DNA from: Alphaproteobacteria bacterium
Lineage (GTDB): Bacteria > Pseudomonadota > Alphaproteobacteria > Caulobacterales > Caulobacteraceae
DNA: 43,722 nucleotides
Direction of reading: 5' to 3'
Assembly (NCBI GenBank): GCA_018826885.1
Contig: JAHJYN010000123.1
Span: 1-43,722, forward strand
Part shown: positions 27,406 through 37,044 of the stretch, piece by piece
Numbering within the stretch: position 1 is the stretch's first letter
Layout: each line of letters begins with the position of its first letter
The notes under the pieces: model-generated
Databases searched by the model: none
What the model was told of the DNA's origin: nothing
What the model saw: only the letters and a program-made list of their open reading frames with translations
Made by a program: the position numbers and the translations under genes

Positions 27406-28562
27406 CCAGGCTGAAGGTGATGACGATCCTTGGCACCCGTCCCGAGATCATTCGGCTGTCGCGGGTGATGGACCGTCTGGACCGCTACACGGACCACATT
27501 ATCGTCCACACCGGACAGAACTGGGACTACGAGCTGAACGAGGTCTTCTTCGAGGATCTCGGCGTGCGCAAACCCGACCACTTTCTGGGAGTCGGTGGCG
27601 GCACTCTGGGGGAAACTCTTGGCGGCATCCTGGCGCAGACCGAAAAGGTGCTGGCCGAGGAGCGGCCCGAGGCGGTGCTGATCCTCGGCGACACCAATTC
27701 GGCGATCTCGGCGATCATGGCGCGGCGGATGAAGATCCCGGTGTACCACATGGAGGCCGGCAATCGGTCGTTCGACCGCAACGTCCCCGAGGAGACCAAC
27801 CGCAAGCTGGTCGACCACATCGCCGACTTCAACCTAGTCTATACCGAGCACGCAAGACGGCACCTGCTTTCCGAGGCTATCCAGCACCGGCGCATCTACC
27901 TGACCGGATCGCCGATGCGCGAGGTGCTCGAACACTACCGTCCTCGGATCGAGGCTTCGGACGTGGTGTCGCGGCTTGGTCTCGTCAACAAGCGGTATTT
28001 CATCGTTTCGCTGCACCGCGAGGAAAACGTCGACAACACTCAACGGCTCGGCTCGTTGGTGGACACGCTGAACGCGCTGGCGGAAAATTACGACATGCCG
28101 ATCATTGTCTCGACCCACCCCCGCACGCGGAAACGGCTGGACGCCCTCGGCGATCGCGCACTGGACGCGCGCGTGAAATGGATGACGCCGTTCGGCTTCC
28201 ATGACTATAACAGCCTGCAGGTGAATGCATTTTGTGCCATATCCGATAGTGGCACCATCGCCGAGGAGGCCTCCATTCTGGGCTTTCCGGCGATCACCCC
28301 GCGTGACGCCATCGAACGCCCGGAAGGACTGGATGCGGGGTGCATAATCATGACCGGACTGGATCAAGGCGCGATCCTGTCAGGGGTCGATTCGATCACA
28401 CGGAGTTTTGCCGAACGTCAGGCCGCGGCCTTGCCGCAACCGGTTCCCGCCGACTACTGCATCACCAACACCGCCGAGCGGGTGGTCAATCTGGTCCTCG
28501 GCACTGCGCGACTTTCCAATGCCTGGGACGGAATTCGCTCGAACGGAAATGCGGGGCAATGA
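27402..28562 (+). CDS. fnlC: Non-hydrolysing UDP-sugar 2-epimerase FnlC (CapG/WbjD)
   Basis: KVMTILGTRPEIIRLS, HTGQNWDYEL, GDTNS, HMEAGNR.FD..VPEE.NR, HREENVD, SDSGT, ERPEG. Confidence 0.92.
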   Translation: MTRLKVMTILGTRPEIIRLSRVMDRLDRYTDHIIVHTGQNWDYELNEVFFEDLGVRKPDHFLGVGGGTLGETLGGILAQTEKVLAEERPEAVLILGDTNSAISAIMARRMKIPVYHMEAGNRSFDRNVPEETNRKLVDHIADFNLVYTEHARRHLLSEAIQHRRIYLTGSPMREVLEHYRPRIEASDVVSRLGLVNKRYFIVSLHREENVDNTQRLGSLVDTLNALAENYDMPIIVSTHPRTRKRLDALGDRALDARVKWMTPFGFHDYNSLQVNAFCAISDSGTIAEEASILGFPAITPRDAIERPEGLDAGCIIMTGLDQGAILSGVDSITRSFAERQAAALPQPVPADYCITNTAERVVNLVLGTARLSNAWDGIRSNGNAGQ

Positions 28563-29170
28563 CGCCGTCGAAGGGGCAACTGGCGCTGAAGCGCGCGCTT
28601 GACGTGGTGTTGTCGGGCGTCGCGCTGCTGATTTTATCGCCGTTGTTCCTGGGGCTCGCGCTGTTCATCAAGTTTCGCAGCCCGGGCCCGGTGTTCTTCC
28701 GGCAGTCCAGGGTGGGGCTGGGCGGCGAGGACTTGTTACTTCTAAAATTCCGCTCGATGCACAGCAACGCTGCGGCCCTGCCTAACGCCGCGACGACCCG
28801 GCGCGCAGACCCACGGGTGTTTCCCGGTGGAGAAGCGATCCGCAAATACAAGCTCGACGAACTCCCGCAGATCGTGAACGTCCTGCTCGGAGACATGTCG
28901 CTGGTCGGCCCTCGACCGACGGTGCGCGAGGATTACGAGCGGATGACCGACGAGCAACGCCGCCGCGTCAGCGTTCGCCCCGGCTTGAGCGGTCTCGCAC
29001 AGATCAGCGGCAACACCGCACTCAGCTGGCCCCAGCGTATCGTTCTGGATCTCGAATACATCGACGATCTGTCGGTCTGGAACGATATCAAGATTATCGT
29101 GCGGACCTTCGGGCTGATCGTCTCGGGGCGGGCCGATACCCACCCGGCAAGTGACGACGAGTGGAGCTGA
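28559..29170 (+). CDS. Monotopic initiating phosphoglycosyl transferase (PglC/WbaP C-terminal type)
   Basis: KRALD, SPGPVFFRQ.RVG, KFRSM, LDELPQ..NVL.GDMSLVGPRP, RPGLSGLAQ. ATGA overlap with fnlC. Confidence 0.92.
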   Translation: MTPSKGQLALKRALDVVLSGVALLILSPLFLGLALFIKFRSPGPVFFRQSRVGLGGEDLLLLKFRSMHSNAAALPNAATTRRADPRVFPGGEAIRKYKLDELPQIVNVLLGDMSLVGPRPTVREDYERMTDEQRRRVSVRPGLSGLAQISGNTALSWPQRIVLDLEYIDDLSVWNDIKIIVRTFGLIVSGRADTHPASDDEWS

Positions 29171-29173
29171 GCG

Positions 29174-30160
29174 ATGGCCGCACCGAGAATCATCTGCCTT
29201 GGGATGAACGAAGAAAGCGAAATGGCGATTGCCGCTCTGGTGTCTGCCGGAGCCGAGATTTGCGCGATTGCCGGATTACCGGCCGAGCGCGCGGGAAACG
29301 TCTCGGATTTCGTCGACCACGCCGCGGTCGCCTCGCGGCTCGGTGTCGTGTTTCTACCAGTATCCGACGTCAACGCGCCCGAGACCCTGACAGCATTCCG
29401 GGCCACCGGGGCCGAGATGCTGTTTGTTCTCGGCTGGAGCCAGCTCCTCGACGCGGCGACCCTCGAGACCTTTCCGCGCGGCGTCGTCGGCAGCCATCCG
29501 TCCGAGCTGCCCTACGGTCGCGGACGGGCGCCGATCCCCTGGACGGTTCTGGAGGACCGGCGCAGGAGCGCGGTGACCCTGTTCCGCATGACCAGTGGTG
29601 TCGATGACGGTGCGATTCTGAAACAGACGGCCTTCGAGATCCCGGACCGCCCGACTGCGCGGATCGTCTACAATCTCGTCGCCGAGACCCTCGCCCGCAG
29701 TTTCGCCGAACTCTATGGCGAATTCGCCGCGGGAAGCGTGACCGAGGTTCGCCAGGATATGGGGCGCGCAAGCTGGCGATCGAAACGGGTGCCAGCGGAC
29801 GGCTGGATCGATTTTCGGGCCGGGGCAGAGGCGATCGACCGGCTGGTGCGGGCGGTTTCCGACCCCTTTCCGGGGGCCTACTCCTATCTCGTCGGAGAAC
29901 GCGCGGTGTTTCAAAGTTCCAGCCCCGCGAGCGGAAACGATCTGCGGCGCAAGGGCATGCCGGGTCAGGTGCTGGCGCGACGCCAGGGCATGATCCTCGT
30001 TCAGGCGGGCGATGCCCCGCTCTGGCTCAGCGAGCCCAGCCTTCCGGCCGACCGTCCTGGCCGCGCGCGCCTCGGCGATCGCTTCGGATTTCACGTAGAA
30101 GATGAACTTTACGCCTTGCGCGAGCGCCTGGCAAAACTTGAGCAACGGTTGAACGAATGA
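29174..30160 (+). CDS. Sugar N-formyltransferase (Fmt/ArnA-like, two domains)
   Basis: GWSQL, HPSELP.GRG.AP..W, TLF.M..GVDDG.I, IDF...A..I.RLVRA...PFPGAY. Confidence 0.85.
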   Translation: MAAPRIICLGMNEESEMAIAALVSAGAEICAIAGLPAERAGNVSDFVDHAAVASRLGVVFLPVSDVNAPETLTAFRATGAEMLFVLGWSQLLDAATLETFPRGVVGSHPSELPYGRGRAPIPWTVLEDRRRSAVTLFRMTSGVDDGAILKQTAFEIPDRPTARIVYNLVAETLARSFAELYGEFAAGSVTEVRQDMGRASWRSKRVPADGWIDFRAGAEAIDRLVRAVSDPFPGAYSYLVGERAVFQSSSPASGNDLRRKGMPGQVLARRQGMILVQAGDAPLWLSEPSLPADRPGRARLGDRFGFHVEDELYALRERLAKLEQRLNE

Positions 30161-30861
30161 TTCTCAACTCACGCAGAACCCTGGTTGTCGTCGCCCATCC
30201 CGACGACGAAACACTGGGCGCCGGCGGCACGATCCGCCGGCTGGTCGATGCGGGCGCGCAGGTTGACCTTCTGATCGCCACCGACGGCTCGTCGGCCCAG
30301 TTTGAGAACGACATGGAGGCGCGCAACCGCCGCAGTTCTCATCTCGACAGGGCCTGCGAGATTTTGGGAATTAGCCGCCGCATGGTGCTCGATTTTCCCG
30401 ACATGCGCCTCGACACCGTTGCCCATATCGAGCTGAACCGGGCGATTGGCCAGGCGGCCGACGCGGGCAACTACGACACCATTCTGACCCACCACCCCGG
30501 CGATGTGAACATGGATCACAGGCAGGTTTTCAACTCAGTAATGGTGGTCGCGCGACCGGTGCCCGGTGCTATCATCCGAACCTTGGCGACGTTCTTCATC
30601 AACTCCTCGACTGAATGGGGAGCGCCGCACGCGAACGGCGCCTTCTCTCCGAACCTTTTCGTCGACGTCGACAGGACGATTCACCAGAAGCTGGCCGCGC
30701 TCGCAGCCTATGAAGACGAGTTGCGCCCCTGGCCGCATCCGAGAAGCGTAGAGGCAGTCCGGGCCAGGGCGCAGACCGTCGGCAGCGAAGTCGGTGTCGG
30801 CCACGCCGAGGCCTTTCAGCTGATCCGCGGGCTGGTCGGAGAACCGGGGGTGACCAGATGA
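30157..30861 (+). CDS. PIG-L/LmbE-family N-deacetylase
   Basis: VVAHPDDETLG.GG, THHPGD...DH, K..AL..Y..E, PHPRS, AEAF. Confidence 0.9.
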   Translation: MILNSRRTLVVVAHPDDETLGAGGTIRRLVDAGAQVDLLIATDGSSAQFENDMEARNRRSSHLDRACEILGISRRMVLDFPDMRLDTVAHIELNRAIGQAADAGNYDTILTHHPGDVNMDHRQVFNSVMVVARPVPGAIIRTLATFFINSSTEWGAPHANGAFSPNLFVDVDRTIHQKLAALAAYEDELRPWPHPRSVEAVRARAQTVGSEVGVGHAEAFQLIRGLVGEPGVTR

Positions 30862-31757
30862 ACGCAGACAACGGGAGCCGCGACGAGCCCCTCGGCTTCA
30901 CGCCGCTGGTGATCGTTGGCGCAGGCCGTTCGGGCACCAACGCCCTGCGTGATGCTCTGACACGACTGTCCGGATTCGCCACCTGGCCGTGCGACGAGAT
31001 CAACCCCATCTGGCGGCACGGCAACCTGGACTGGCCGAATGACGAGATTCCGCCCGAGCGGGCCACGCCGGCGGTTCGACGCTCTGTCCGAAATGCGTTC
31101 CGTCGCATCTGGCGGCAGCAGGGCCGGCCTGAATTCGTCGTCGAGAAGACATGCGCCAACACCCTGCGCGTGCCGTTCGTCGATTCCATTCTACCCGAGG
31201 CGCGCTACATCCATATCGTTCGCAACGGCATCGACATCGTCGCCTCGGCGCAGAAACGCTGGCGCGGCGAACTCGAGATGCCAGGCCTGCCCTACTTCCT
31301 GGCCAAGGCTCGCTATGCGCCGATCGGCGACCTGCCACGGTATGCGGTCTCGGCCCTGCGGAACCGGTTGGCGGTCCGTCTGGGCCGGAAGGAACATTTC
31401 GATTCATGGGGGCCGCGCTTTCAGGGAATCGAGGCGCTATCAGATGCGCCACTGGACGAAATCGTCGCGCGGCAGTGGGCCGCCTGTGTCCGGGCCAGCG
31501 ATGAGGCCTTTTCGGCAATCGAGCCGGGCCGGGTCTTGCAGTTGCGCTACGAAGACTTCACCAACGACCCCGCTGGCAGCCTGACCCTGGTTGCACGTTG
31601 GCTGGGAACCGCTCATGCCGACGATGCCCTTGCATCGGCTGCATCGTCGGTCCGGGCGACCTCGGTGGGAAAAGGTATGGCGTTGGCCGAAACGCTGCCT
31701 GCCGCGGTGCGGAATGTTCTTGATGCACCGATGCGTGCGCACGGCTATTTGAAGTAG
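30858..31757 (+). CDS. Sulfotransferase 1
   Basis: 5'-PSB IVGAGRSGT, VEKT..N, 3'-PB HIVRNG.D...S, LRYEDF..DP. Confidence 0.88.
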   Translation: MNADNGSRDEPLGFTPLVIVGAGRSGTNALRDALTRLSGFATWPCDEINPIWRHGNLDWPNDEIPPERATPAVRRSVRNAFRRIWRQQGRPEFVVEKTCANTLRVPFVDSILPEARYIHIVRNGIDIVASAQKRWRGELEMPGLPYFLAKARYAPIGDLPRYAVSALRNRLAVRLGRKEHFDSWGPRFQGIEALSDAPLDEIVARQWAACVRASDEAFSAIEPGRVLQLRYEDFTNDPAGSLTLVARWLGTAHADDALASAASSVRATSVGKGMALAETLPAAVRNVLDAPMRAHGYLK

Positions 31758-31766
31758 GAATTCATC

Positions 31767-32897
31767 ATGCGGATTTGGCTTTCTAGGCCGCACATGTCCG
31801 GACGCGAGCGGGTTTATGTCGAGCAGGCGTTCGACAGCAATTTCGTCGCCCCGCTTGGGCCGCAACTCGACGCCTTCGAGTCGTCGGTGTCCGAGTATCT
31901 GGGAGGGGGCCTCCAATGCGTCGGACTGTCCTCGGGCTCGGCGGCGCTTCACCTTGCGCTTCGGCTGGTTGGGGTCGGGCCCGGCGACGAGGTCTGGATT
32001 TCGTCGATGACCTTCGCCGGGGGAATCTTTCCCGTGCTCTATATGAACGCCACGCCGGTGTTCTTTGATCTCGATCCGGCGACCTGGACCATAGATGTCG
32101 CACAGCTTGGCGCGGCGCTTGCGCAAGCTGCGCGTGATGGGCGTTTGCCCAAGGCGATCGTGCCGACCGACCTTTACGGACAAAGCGTCGATCTCGACGC
32201 GCTGGAAGATCTGGCGCAGCGATACGGCGTCAAGCTCGTGGTGGATTCTGCCGAAAGCCTGGGAGCGTCCTACAAGGGCGGACGTAAGTGCGGCACCGGC
32301 GGCGACGCATCGATCTTGTCCTTCAACGGAAACAAGATCATCACCACATCGGGCGGCGGGATGCTCGTAACCAGGTCAAAGGAGATTGCGGATAGTGCGC
32401 GATTCCTGTCGACACAGGCGCGCGATCAAGCGCCGCATTACGAGCATTCTACCTTCGGCTACAATTATCGCCTGTCGAACATCTGCGCGGCCATCGGCGT
32501 CGGCCAGATGGAGGTGCTTGACGACCGCGTCGCAGCCCGCCGGCGAATTAACGAACGCTATCGCGCCGGACTCAACCGGCCTGGCATCGCTTTCATGCCC
32601 GAACCCGAGGGGTACCATTCCTCCCGCTGGCTTACGGCGATCACGGTCGATCCGGCGATCTGCGGCCTGACGCGCGAAGACCTCCGCGAAGACCTCCTGA
32701 CGCACCAGATCGAGTCCCGGCCGCTGTGGAAGCCCATGCATATGCAACCGCTGTTCGAGGGTGCGCGGTATGTCGGTTCAGGGGTCGACGAAGCGATGTT
32801 CGCGAATGGCCTGTGCCTGCCTTCAGGCAGTGACATGAGCGAGGTTGAACAGTCCGAGGTGATCGACCGGATCAGCGCGAGGCTCGACCGGGCCTGA
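31767..32897 (+). CDS. DegT-family sugar aminotransferase (PglE/EpsN-like)
   Basis: IWLS.PHM, SSGSAALHLAL, DSAESLGA, SFNGNKIITTSGGG, GYNYRLSN, ESRPLWKPMH.QP, GLCLPSGS. Confidence 0.92.
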   Translation: MRIWLSRPHMSGRERVYVEQAFDSNFVAPLGPQLDAFESSVSEYLGGGLQCVGLSSGSAALHLALRLVGVGPGDEVWISSMTFAGGIFPVLYMNATPVFFDLDPATWTIDVAQLGAALAQAARDGRLPKAIVPTDLYGQSVDLDALEDLAQRYGVKLVVDSAESLGASYKGGRKCGTGGDASILSFNGNKIITTSGGGMLVTRSKEIADSARFLSTQARDQAPHYEHSTFGYNYRLSNICAAIGVGQMEVLDDRVAARRRINERYRAGLNRPGIAFMPEPEGYHSSRWLTAITVDPAICGLTREDLREDLLTHQIESRPLWKPMHMQPLFEGARYVGSGVDEAMFANGLCLPSGSDMSEVEQSEVIDRISARLDRA

Positions 32898-32901
32898 CAT
32901 C

Positions 32902-34113
32902 ATGAAAGTGCTGCTCACTCATCGCTACTTCTGGCCCGATACGGCGCCCTACGCGATCATGCTTCGCGCGATCGGCGACGCCTTGGCCGAAACGGGGCAC
33001 GAAGTGCACACCTTCTCGTCGATCGCATCCTATCGTGTGTCCGCGGACCCGGGCGCCCGACGCGAAAAATTGGGCGCGCTGAACGTCAATCGCGTGTGGG
33101 CCTTCTCCGGCGAGAAGACCAACCTGTTGAAACAGTTGGCAAATGTCCTGATCTACTCTGTGGCCTTGTTTGCCGAGGTACTGCGTGTGCGGCCCGATGT
33201 GGTCACCGCGTCGACCTTTCCGCCGATCGCCGCCGCCTGGTCGGCCAGCCTCGCGGCGCGACTGGCGGGTGCGAAATTCGTTTACCACCTGCAGGACATT
33301 CACCCCGAAGTGTCGCAGATTAGCGGCGGCCGGCTGGGGCGTGGCGTGGCGATGCGCCTGCTGCGCTGGATGGACAACCAGACCCTGCGCCGCAGCGATG
33401 CGATCATCGTCCTGTCACAGGATATGGCGGAGACCCTGGCGGCACGCGAGCTGGGCGACCTGCCGCTGCATGTGATCAACAATTTCTCGCTGGACCTGGC
33501 GGGCGACACCAGGGCGGCGCCGCCAGAGGCGCTGTGCAAGGCCCCGGGCAAACGGCGCATCATCTTCGCCGGCAATCTTGGTCGCTTCCAGAACCTGGAC
33601 TTGCTCGCCGAGGGCGTGTCGCAAGTTTTGGCCCATGAACCGGACCTCGAACTGCTTTTCCTTGGCGACGGCGTCATGGTGGCCGATCTCAAGCGGCGCT
33701 GGGGCCGCAACCCGCAGATCCGGTTTGCCGACTTCCTGCCTTTCGAACAGGCGCGCGAACTGATCCGCGACAGCGATGTCGGCCTGGTCTCCTTGTCGCC
33801 CGGAATCTATCGCGTCGCTTTTCCCTCGAAAGTCATGACCTACCTCGGCCTCGGCGTGCCCATCCTCGCGCTGGTCGAGCCGCAAAGCCAGTTGGCCCGC
33901 TCCCTTGCAGCGTCCGGACTTGGCGCGTTCCCCGAGACCGGCGCCCCCGAAGCCGTGGCTGCAGCCCTTGAGGGGCTTCTGGCGCAAGGCATCCGGTCGG
34001 AAGCGGTCTCGGATTGGTACGAAGCCAATGCCGGATTCGACCGGGTTACGGCGCAATGGAAACAGATCCTCGCGGACTTCGTACGGCCGTCCGGAAGAAG
34101 AGCGACGACATGA
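32902..34113 (+). CDS. GT4 glycosyltransferase, WbuB-like (candidate L-FucNAc transferase)
   Basis: RYFWPD, ST.PP, YHLQDIHPE, FAGNLGRFQ.L, GDG, AFPSK..TYL..G.PI. Confidence 0.85.
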   Translation: MKVLLTHRYFWPDTAPYAIMLRAIGDALAETGHEVHTFSSIASYRVSADPGARREKLGALNVNRVWAFSGEKTNLLKQLANVLIYSVALFAEVLRVRPDVVTASTFPPIAAAWSASLAARLAGAKFVYHLQDIHPEVSQISGGRLGRGVAMRLLRWMDNQTLRRSDAIIVLSQDMAETLAARELGDLPLHVINNFSLDLAGDTRAAPPEALCKAPGKRRIIFAGNLGRFQNLDLLAEGVSQVLAHEPDLELLFLGDGVMVADLKRRWGRNPQIRFADFLPFEQARELIRDSDVGLVSLSPGIYRVAFPSKVMTYLGLGVPILALVEPQSQLARSLAASGLGAFPETGAPEAVAAALEGLLAQGIRSEAVSDWYEANAGFDRVTAQWKQILADFVRPSGRRATT

Positions 34114-35249
34114 CAGGGACCCCGCGGCATCTGGTGATCGATGGCCTGAATCTGACGCGCGGCGGCGGCGTCGTCGTGATGGAGAGATTGGCCCGGGCCT
34201 TCAAAGCTGCCGGCTATGAGGTGACGGTGTTGACCGCTCGCGAGCTGCCGGGCGTGGATCTGGAACAACACGGAATCAGATGTCTGGTCCGGAAGGAGGC
34301 CAGCGGCGCAGTGCGCGCATCGCTATTCCGCCGGTTCCAGCTCTCGGCCCTGGTCAAGCGGATCGGCGGGGATGCGCTGTTGGGATTCAACTACTTCAGT
34401 CCCGTCACTATCCCTCAGGCGACCTACCACATAAACGTCATCCCGTTTCTGGACTTTCCGGCGCGTCGAGCCGCTGTCGGACTCGGACGGGCCGTAATGC
34501 AGAACCGGATGGCCGTCGCGGCTCTTCGCAAGTCCACCATCAACCTGTTTGAGTCGGAGCACGTGCGCGACCTCGCATCCGCGACGGTGCAACGGATCCA
34601 CAACCCCGTGGTGGCCCATATCGGGGTGAAATTCACCGCACACACCGCCGCCAGCGCCGCCAACCGGCTAACCGGCCCGTTCATCACGGTGACCAGCGGG
34701 GCCCGGCACAAGCGCAACGATCTGACGGTGTCCTTCTTTCGCAAGCTTCTGATGAAGGACCCTCTCGCGCGCCTCGAAGTCGTCGGCGACCCCGAAGCGA
34801 TCCGCGCCGGTTTGTCCGTGGATGACTGCCGGTTCCTGGATGAATGCGGGTTGGCCCGCTTTCGGGGATACATTGCGCATGACGAGCTTTTTGCGCTGCT
34901 CTCGCAGGCGCGCGGCCTTGTGACCTTTTCCGAACTGGAAAGCTTCTTCATGGTCGGGATCGAGGCGATGGCCGTTGGCTGCCCGGTGATCGGAGCTGAC
35001 AACTCCTCGATCCGTGAAAGCTTGGGCGATGCCGGTCTCCTGGTGCCGTCGGGCGATGTCGACAGCGCTGTTGAGGCGGCGCTCGGGTTGGACACCGCCG
35101 GCGACTTCGAGCGGCTGGGGGTTGAGAGCCGGGCCTGGGCCAGCCGCTTCGACGCCGAGCGGTGTGCGGCTGAATTTGTAGAAAAATTTGAACGTGGCAT
35201 CCCTGCCGTGGCAAGGCGCGAACACGATCACGAGGACGTATTCAAGTGA
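34110..35249 (+). CDS. GT4 glycosyltransferase
   Basis: GGG N-terminal loop, HKRN, S.LESF.M..IEAMA.GCPVI...SSI.E..GDAG. ATGA overlap. Confidence 0.87.
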   Translation: MTGTPRHLVIDGLNLTRGGGVVVMERLARAFKAAGYEVTVLTARELPGVDLEQHGIRCLVRKEASGAVRASLFRRFQLSALVKRIGGDALLGFNYFSPVTIPQATYHINVIPFLDFPARRAAVGLGRAVMQNRMAVAALRKSTINLFESEHVRDLASATVQRIHNPVVAHIGVKFTAHTAASAANRLTGPFITVTSGARHKRNDLTVSFFRKLLMKDPLARLEVVGDPEAIRAGLSVDDCRFLDECGLARFRGYIAHDELFALLSQARGLVTFSELESFFMVGIEAMAVGCPVIGADNSSIRESLGDAGLLVPSGDVDSAVEAALGLDTAGDFERLGVESRAWASRFDAERCAAEFVEKFERGIPAVARREHDHEDVFK

Positions 35250-36163
35250 GTCTACCCCAGCGGATCAGGGCCTTTGTGCAACGCAACCGCGGCGCAGTGC
35301 TGCGCAACGCATGGCAACAGGCTGTCGTCCGGGTCTGGGTCCGCTACCGGTTGTGGCGCGTGATCGGCCCGCTCATGAAACCGCGCGAACCCGAGTCCTG
35401 GGTGTTCATGGGGGGATGCTACAATTCGGGCACGACGATCCTGCGCGAGATGATCGGAGCCCATCCCGAAGTCGCCTCGCTACCGCGCGAAGGCGTCGAA
35501 ATGACCGACGCCTTCCCTGATCTCGAGGCGGACGGATGGGTCCGGATGTGGTTCCGGGATGCCGCTAGGTCCGATCTGTCCCATAAGGATCCCGTTGCCC
35601 TGGCGCGTCGCGCGAAGCGCGATTGGTCCCCGTGGTGGCGTCGCGGTGCGCGTGTTTTCATCGAAAAATCGATTGTCCACGGCGCCTGGATGCCGACCCT
35701 CGATGCCGGCTTCCCCAATGCGCACTTTATCGGCGTGATCCGTAATGGCTACTGCGTCTGCGAAGGCATCCGGCGGCGGGCTCGGCCCTATGGCGCCGCG
35801 CGCGAGATTCTAGGCCGGGATGAATATCCCATTGACGAGGTTGGTCGGCAGTGGGTGTTCGCCAACCAGGTTCTGATGCGCGACAAGTCCCGGGTCCGCA
35901 ACTACCGGGAAGTCCATTATGAAGACTTCACCGCGCGGCCAGTCGAGACCCTACGGGCCCTGTTCGCATTCATCGGCGTCGATCCAGATGCAGTGACGAC
36001 GGAGCCCGATGGGACCATCGTCATCGGGGCGCGTCAGTTCCGGATTCGAAACCAGAACGCCGAAAGCCTCGCGCGTCTCAACGATGACGACCGGGTCGCA
36101 TTGGGAGCGGTGATCGACCCGCTCATGAAGCAGTTGGGCTATCAGGAAGGAGGCCGGTCGTGA
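35246..36163 (+). CDS. Sulfotransferase 2 (atypical PAPS motifs)
   Basis: FMGGCYNSGTTIL...IG.HP, IEKS, VIRNGY, HYEDF...P...L..LF.FIG. Confidence 0.8.
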   Translation: MSLPQRIRAFVQRNRGAVLRNAWQQAVVRVWVRYRLWRVIGPLMKPREPESWVFMGGCYNSGTTILREMIGAHPEVASLPREGVEMTDAFPDLEADGWVRMWFRDAARSDLSHKDPVALARRAKRDWSPWWRRGARVFIEKSIVHGAWMPTLDAGFPNAHFIGVIRNGYCVCEGIRRRARPYGAAREILGRDEYPIDEVGRQWVFANQVLMRDKSRVRNYREVHYEDFTARPVETLRALFAFIGVDPDAVTTEPDGTIVIGARQFRIRNQNAESLARLNDDDRVALGAVIDPLMKQLGYQEGGRS

Positions 36164-37044
36164 CCAAAGGACGAATTCGCCTGTCCCTGGATTTCGAATG
36201 CGGATGGGGCGTGGCCCAGGGGGGCGACTGGAGAGGAGTCGAGGCCGCCGGCGTCTATCGTGATCTGCGCCCCGCCTTGCGCCGGTTCGCGGAACGGCTT
36301 GACGAACTGGAGCTGTCCTTTACCTGGGCGGTGGTCGGCGGCATGGTCGACGAACCCGGGCACAGGGATGTCTCGCATTTGCGCGGCGGGTTTGCCCGCG
36401 ACATGGCCGTCTTCCTCGCCGAGGCCGAAGAGCCGACGGTCGATGGCCGCGATCTTCTGGACATCGTAACCGGCCTGCGCACCCCTCAGAGCTTCGGCAC
36501 TCATACCTATACGCATCTGCTGTTCTCGGATCCTGAACAGGGCGCTGACGTGATCGCCGAGGACCTTGCGCGGGCGGGTGCAGTCAACCGCCGTCTCGGC
36601 CTAGCGGCCACCCGCCTAGTCTTTCCGCGCAACCATTCGGGGCATCTGGAAAAGGTCGCCGAGGCCGGGATCACCCATGCCCGGATGCCCCCTGTAAACG
36701 CGCCCGACCCGACGGCGCGCCCGGGACCTTTGCAACGGGCGATTTCGCTCGCCACGCGGCCGATTGCATCCGTTGTCGAAACCAAAGATCGGACTGGAGT
36801 GACGCTACACTTTGCCAGTGAATTGCTGAACTGGGGTGCATCAGCGTCGCCAGTCAAACGTGCTCTCATTCGCCGGCGAAGGGAACTCGCGGTCGAAAAG
36901 GCCGTCGGCGGCGAGGATATCCATTTCTGGATTCACCCGTTCGATTTGGTTCAGACCAAGGGTCTGGGCGAAGAGATGAGGGAGTTGTTGTCAACGATGG
37001 CATCCCTGCGGGACCGTGATCTCATCGAGATCGGTGGGTTTTGA
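36160..37044 (+). CDS. Polysaccharide deacetylase (CE4/NodB-like)
   Basis: LSLDFE..WG, TWAVVG, GTHTYTH, VFPRN, HFWIHP. Confidence 0.8.
   Translation: MTKGRIRLSLDFECGWGVAQGGDWRGVEAAGVYRDLRPALRRFAERLDELELSFTWAVVGGMVDEPGHRDVSHLRGGFARDMAVFLAEAEEPTVDGRDLLDIVTGLRTPQSFGTHTYTHLLFSDPEQGADVIAEDLARAGAVNRRLGLAATRLVFPRNHSGHLEKVAEAGITHARMPPVNAPDPTARPGPLQRAISLATRPIASVVETKDRTGVTLHFASELLNWGASASPVKRALIRRRRELAVEKAVGGEDIHFWIHPFDLVQTKGLGEEMRELLSTMASLRDRDLIEIGGF

Noticed and set aside
29174-30160. Housekeeping methionyl-tRNA formyltransferase (fmt)
   Set aside because: Lacks the FMGTPxFA start, has no def neighbour, and is embedded in a sugar operon.
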